From Wolbachia endosymbiont of Dirofilaria (Dirofilaria) immitis (GTDB lineage Bacteria; Pseudomonadota; Alphaproteobacteria; Rickettsiales; Anaplasmataceae), in contig NZ_CP046578.1 of NCBI RefSeq assembly GCF_013365455.1, forward strand, positions 600,001 through 632,000: DNA of 32,000 nucleotides, in the 5' to 3' direction. The position numbers were made by a program, and so were the translations under genes. Below the pieces are notes generated by a model. It was not told the DNA's origin, searched no databases, and saw nothing but the letters and a program-made list of their open reading frames with translations. Numbering within the stretch: position 1 is the first letter of the stretch; every line of letters starts with the position of its first letter. Shown here piece after piece: positions 30,076 through 32,000 of the stretch.

Positions 30076-31275
30076 ATGTCAAACAATAATTTTCTCTTAA
30101 GCTATGCATGCCTCCCACACAAAACGAGAGGAAGATATTTCAAAGAATTAGAGGACGAAAATCGCAGTTGCTTTCAGCGTGACAGGGACCGCATTATACA
30201 CTCCAATGCGCTTAGGAAATTAGGGTACAAAACACAAGTTTTTATCAATTATGGAAATGACTATTATCGCACACGACTTACTCATAGTCTTGAAGTAGCA
30301 CAAATTGCAAGATCTATTGCACGCAGGTTGGGTTTAGACGAAGACATTACTGAATGTATAGCACTTGCACATGACCTTGGTCATCCTCCATTTGGTCACA
30401 CAGGTGAAAATGCTTTAAAAAAATCAGTTCGAGATTTGAATCTTGATAGTGAAAAATATGAATTTGACCACAACGTTCAAGCTATAAGGATTTTAACTCA
30501 TCTTGAACAAAAACATGCCGACTTTGATGGCATGAACTTAAGTTGGGAGGTAATTGAAGGAGTTGCAAAACATAATGGCCCTTTACTTGGCAAAAATGCA
30601 GCATTCCATACAAATAATCAGCTATTATTAGAATACAACAAAAAATATAATCTAGAACTTGAAAAATTTTCAAGCATCGAAGCACAAGTTGCTTCAATTG
30701 CCGATGACATTGCATACAGTGTTCACGACCTTGATGATGCATTGAGAGGAAACTTAGTAACCATAAAAGACCTACTCGATATTCCTTTAATTGGAAAAAT
30801 ATTTCAAGACATAAAAAGCAAATATTCAGAATTATCTCAAAATAAGCTGATACATGAATCACTCAGTAAAGCTATAGGAACTATGATAAGTGATGTTGTT
30901 TCTCAGACTAAAAAAAACATTGAAGATTATAAAATAAAAAGTGTAGAAGACGCAAGAAGTTTAAATAAGATGCTAGTTATATTATCGCCAGAAATTGCAA
31001 ACGCTACAAAAGAAATAAAAAAATTTAACATAGAAAAAATATATAAAAGTTATAAACTCAATAGAACGATGAATAAAGCAAAACGTATAGTACAAGAACT
31101 CTTTCAATGCTTTTATGAAAATCCGGGACTACTACCCATAGAGTGGGATAGACTCACTTATGAATTCAAGCGTTCAGTAGTAATATGCGACTATATCTCC
31201 GGTATGACAGATAGATTTGCCATACACGAGCATAGAAGAATTTTTGATACCTCATATGAAATGACTTCTTTCTAA
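30076..31275 (+). CDS. dgt: dGTP triphosphohydrolase-like HD-domain protein
   Basis: FQRDRDRIIHSNALRKLGYKTQVF, RLTHSLEVAQIARSIA, AHDLGHPPFGHTGE, and DYISGMTDRFA at the C-terminus. Confidence 0.9.
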   Translation: MSNNNFLLSYACLPHKTRGRYFKELEDENRSCFQRDRDRIIHSNALRKLGYKTQVFINYGNDYYRTRLTHSLEVAQIARSIARRLGLDEDITECIALAHDLGHPPFGHTGENALKKSVRDLNLDSEKYEFDHNVQAIRILTHLEQKHADFDGMNLSWEVIEGVAKHNGPLLGKNAAFHTNNQLLLEYNKKYNLELEKFSSIEAQVASIADDIAYSVHDLDDALRGNLVTIKDLLDIPLIGKIFQDIKSKYSELSQNKLIHESLSKAIGTMISDVVSQTKKNIEDYKIKSVEDARSLNKMLVILSPEIANATKEIKKFNIEKIYKSYKLNRTMNKAKRIVQELFQCFYENPGLLPIEWDRLTYEFKRSVVICDYISGMTDRFAIHEHRRIFDTSYEMTSF

Positions 31276-31281
31276 TGAAAG

Positions 31282-32000
31282 ATGACCATTTTTATGTCAG
31301 TAGCATTAAAACTTACAGAAAGAACTCTTAAAAGCGTTTCACCAAATCCTGCTGTTAGGTGTGTTATTGTAAAAGATGGTATAGTAGTTAGTAAAAGCCA
31401 CACAGGAATTGGTAGACGTCCACACGCAGAAGCAGTCCCCTGCAAAGCGCTAAAGACTATAACTTATAGTGTGACTATGTACGTTACTCTTGAGACATAT
31501 TGCCATTTTGAAATTACAGAACCTTGTACTGCAGAAATTATAAGATCTAGAATAAAAAAAGTGGTGATTGCAATAATTAACCCAGATAAAAGAGTGTTAA
31601 GTAGAGAGCATCAAAGCCATAGAATAAGCTGAAATTAAAGCTGAGCAAGGTATTATGCAAAAAAAAGCAGAAAAATCGAACACATTGTTTTTTACTACTC
31701 AGAGATCACATAGATCATTCATAGCGTGCAAAATCGTAATGACTCTTGACGAGAAAATTGCAACATTCACAAGTAATAGCAAATAGACAGAAAGCAAAAA
31801 TACAGAAATTGGGCATACAAGCTCAGAGCAAAACATGACACAATTATGATCGGTAGCAATACTCTAATTAATGATAACCCACTGTTAACTTGTAGATTAC
31901 CAGGACTTGAAGATAAATCACAAACCAGACTAATTATCGATAGCCAAGGAAAATTAAAGGAAGAACACAATATTGCAAAGACTGCAGATAAAGTAACAAC
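31282..32000 (+). pseudogene. ribD: Riboflavin biosynthesis deaminase/reductase, disrupted by frameshifts and stops; continues past the window end
   Basis: Frame 1 has SPNPAVRCVIVKDG...RPHAEAV...YVTLETYCHFEITEPC, ending at TGA 31630. Frame 2 has GIKAIE*AEIKAEQGIMQKKAEKSNTLFFTT...KIVMTLDEKIATFTSNSK*, with TAA 31625-31627 and TAG 31784-31786. Frame 3, from about 31813, has AYKLRAKHDTIMIGSNTLINDNPLLTCRLPGLEDKSQTRLIIDSQGKL. RibD blocks are recognisable across three frames. Confidence 0.8.

Noticed and set aside
31767-31970. 67-aa minus-strand ORF near the window end
   Set aside because: It is antisense to the recognisable RibD reductase-domain frame (AYKLRAKHDTIMIGSNTLINDNPLLTCRLPGL), so it is a shadow ORF.

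Overview
This is an AT-rich window of mostly housekeeping genes. By gene content and my recollection of protein sequences (Mdh, split nuoABC, dsb-like oxidoreductase, rppH), it looks like a Rickettsiales/Anaplasmataceae genome, most like Ehrlichia. That assignment is inference, not a search result.

I can support these intact genes: ybaB (partial), dnaX, an O-methyltransferase, a DsbA-family oxidoreductase, mlaC-like, folC, lysC, tyrS, rsfS, rppH, tatD, a minus-strand run (hypothetical, HIT, nuoA, nuoB, nuoC, mdh), murF, rpe, pnp, rpsO, a cysteine desulfurase, a COG2945-type hydrolase, lolD, erpA/iscA and dgt-like. RNA genes are tRNA-Arg(UCU) and an SRP (4.5S) RNA just upstream of dnaX that overlaps the ORF track's extended dnaX start.

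I found no CRISPR array, transposase, integrase, phage module or recognisable defence or toxin system. I do not claim a novel multi-gene system here.

The most notable signal is ongoing gene decay. truB and ribD are multi-lesion pseudogenes, a GST gene carries a single in-frame TGA at a conserved Trp position, and several 0.5-1.5 kb blocks have no credible ORF.

Other items worth a second look:
- a well-signalled gene for a hairpin (bilobed) transmembrane protein with a short Gly-X-Y run
- a 57-aa lipoprotein gene below the ORF-track cutoff
- a long Asp/Glu/Tyr insertion inside ErpA
- a lineage-specific 301-aa protein at the head of the HIT-nuoABC-mdh run
- a murF gene outside any cell-wall cluster
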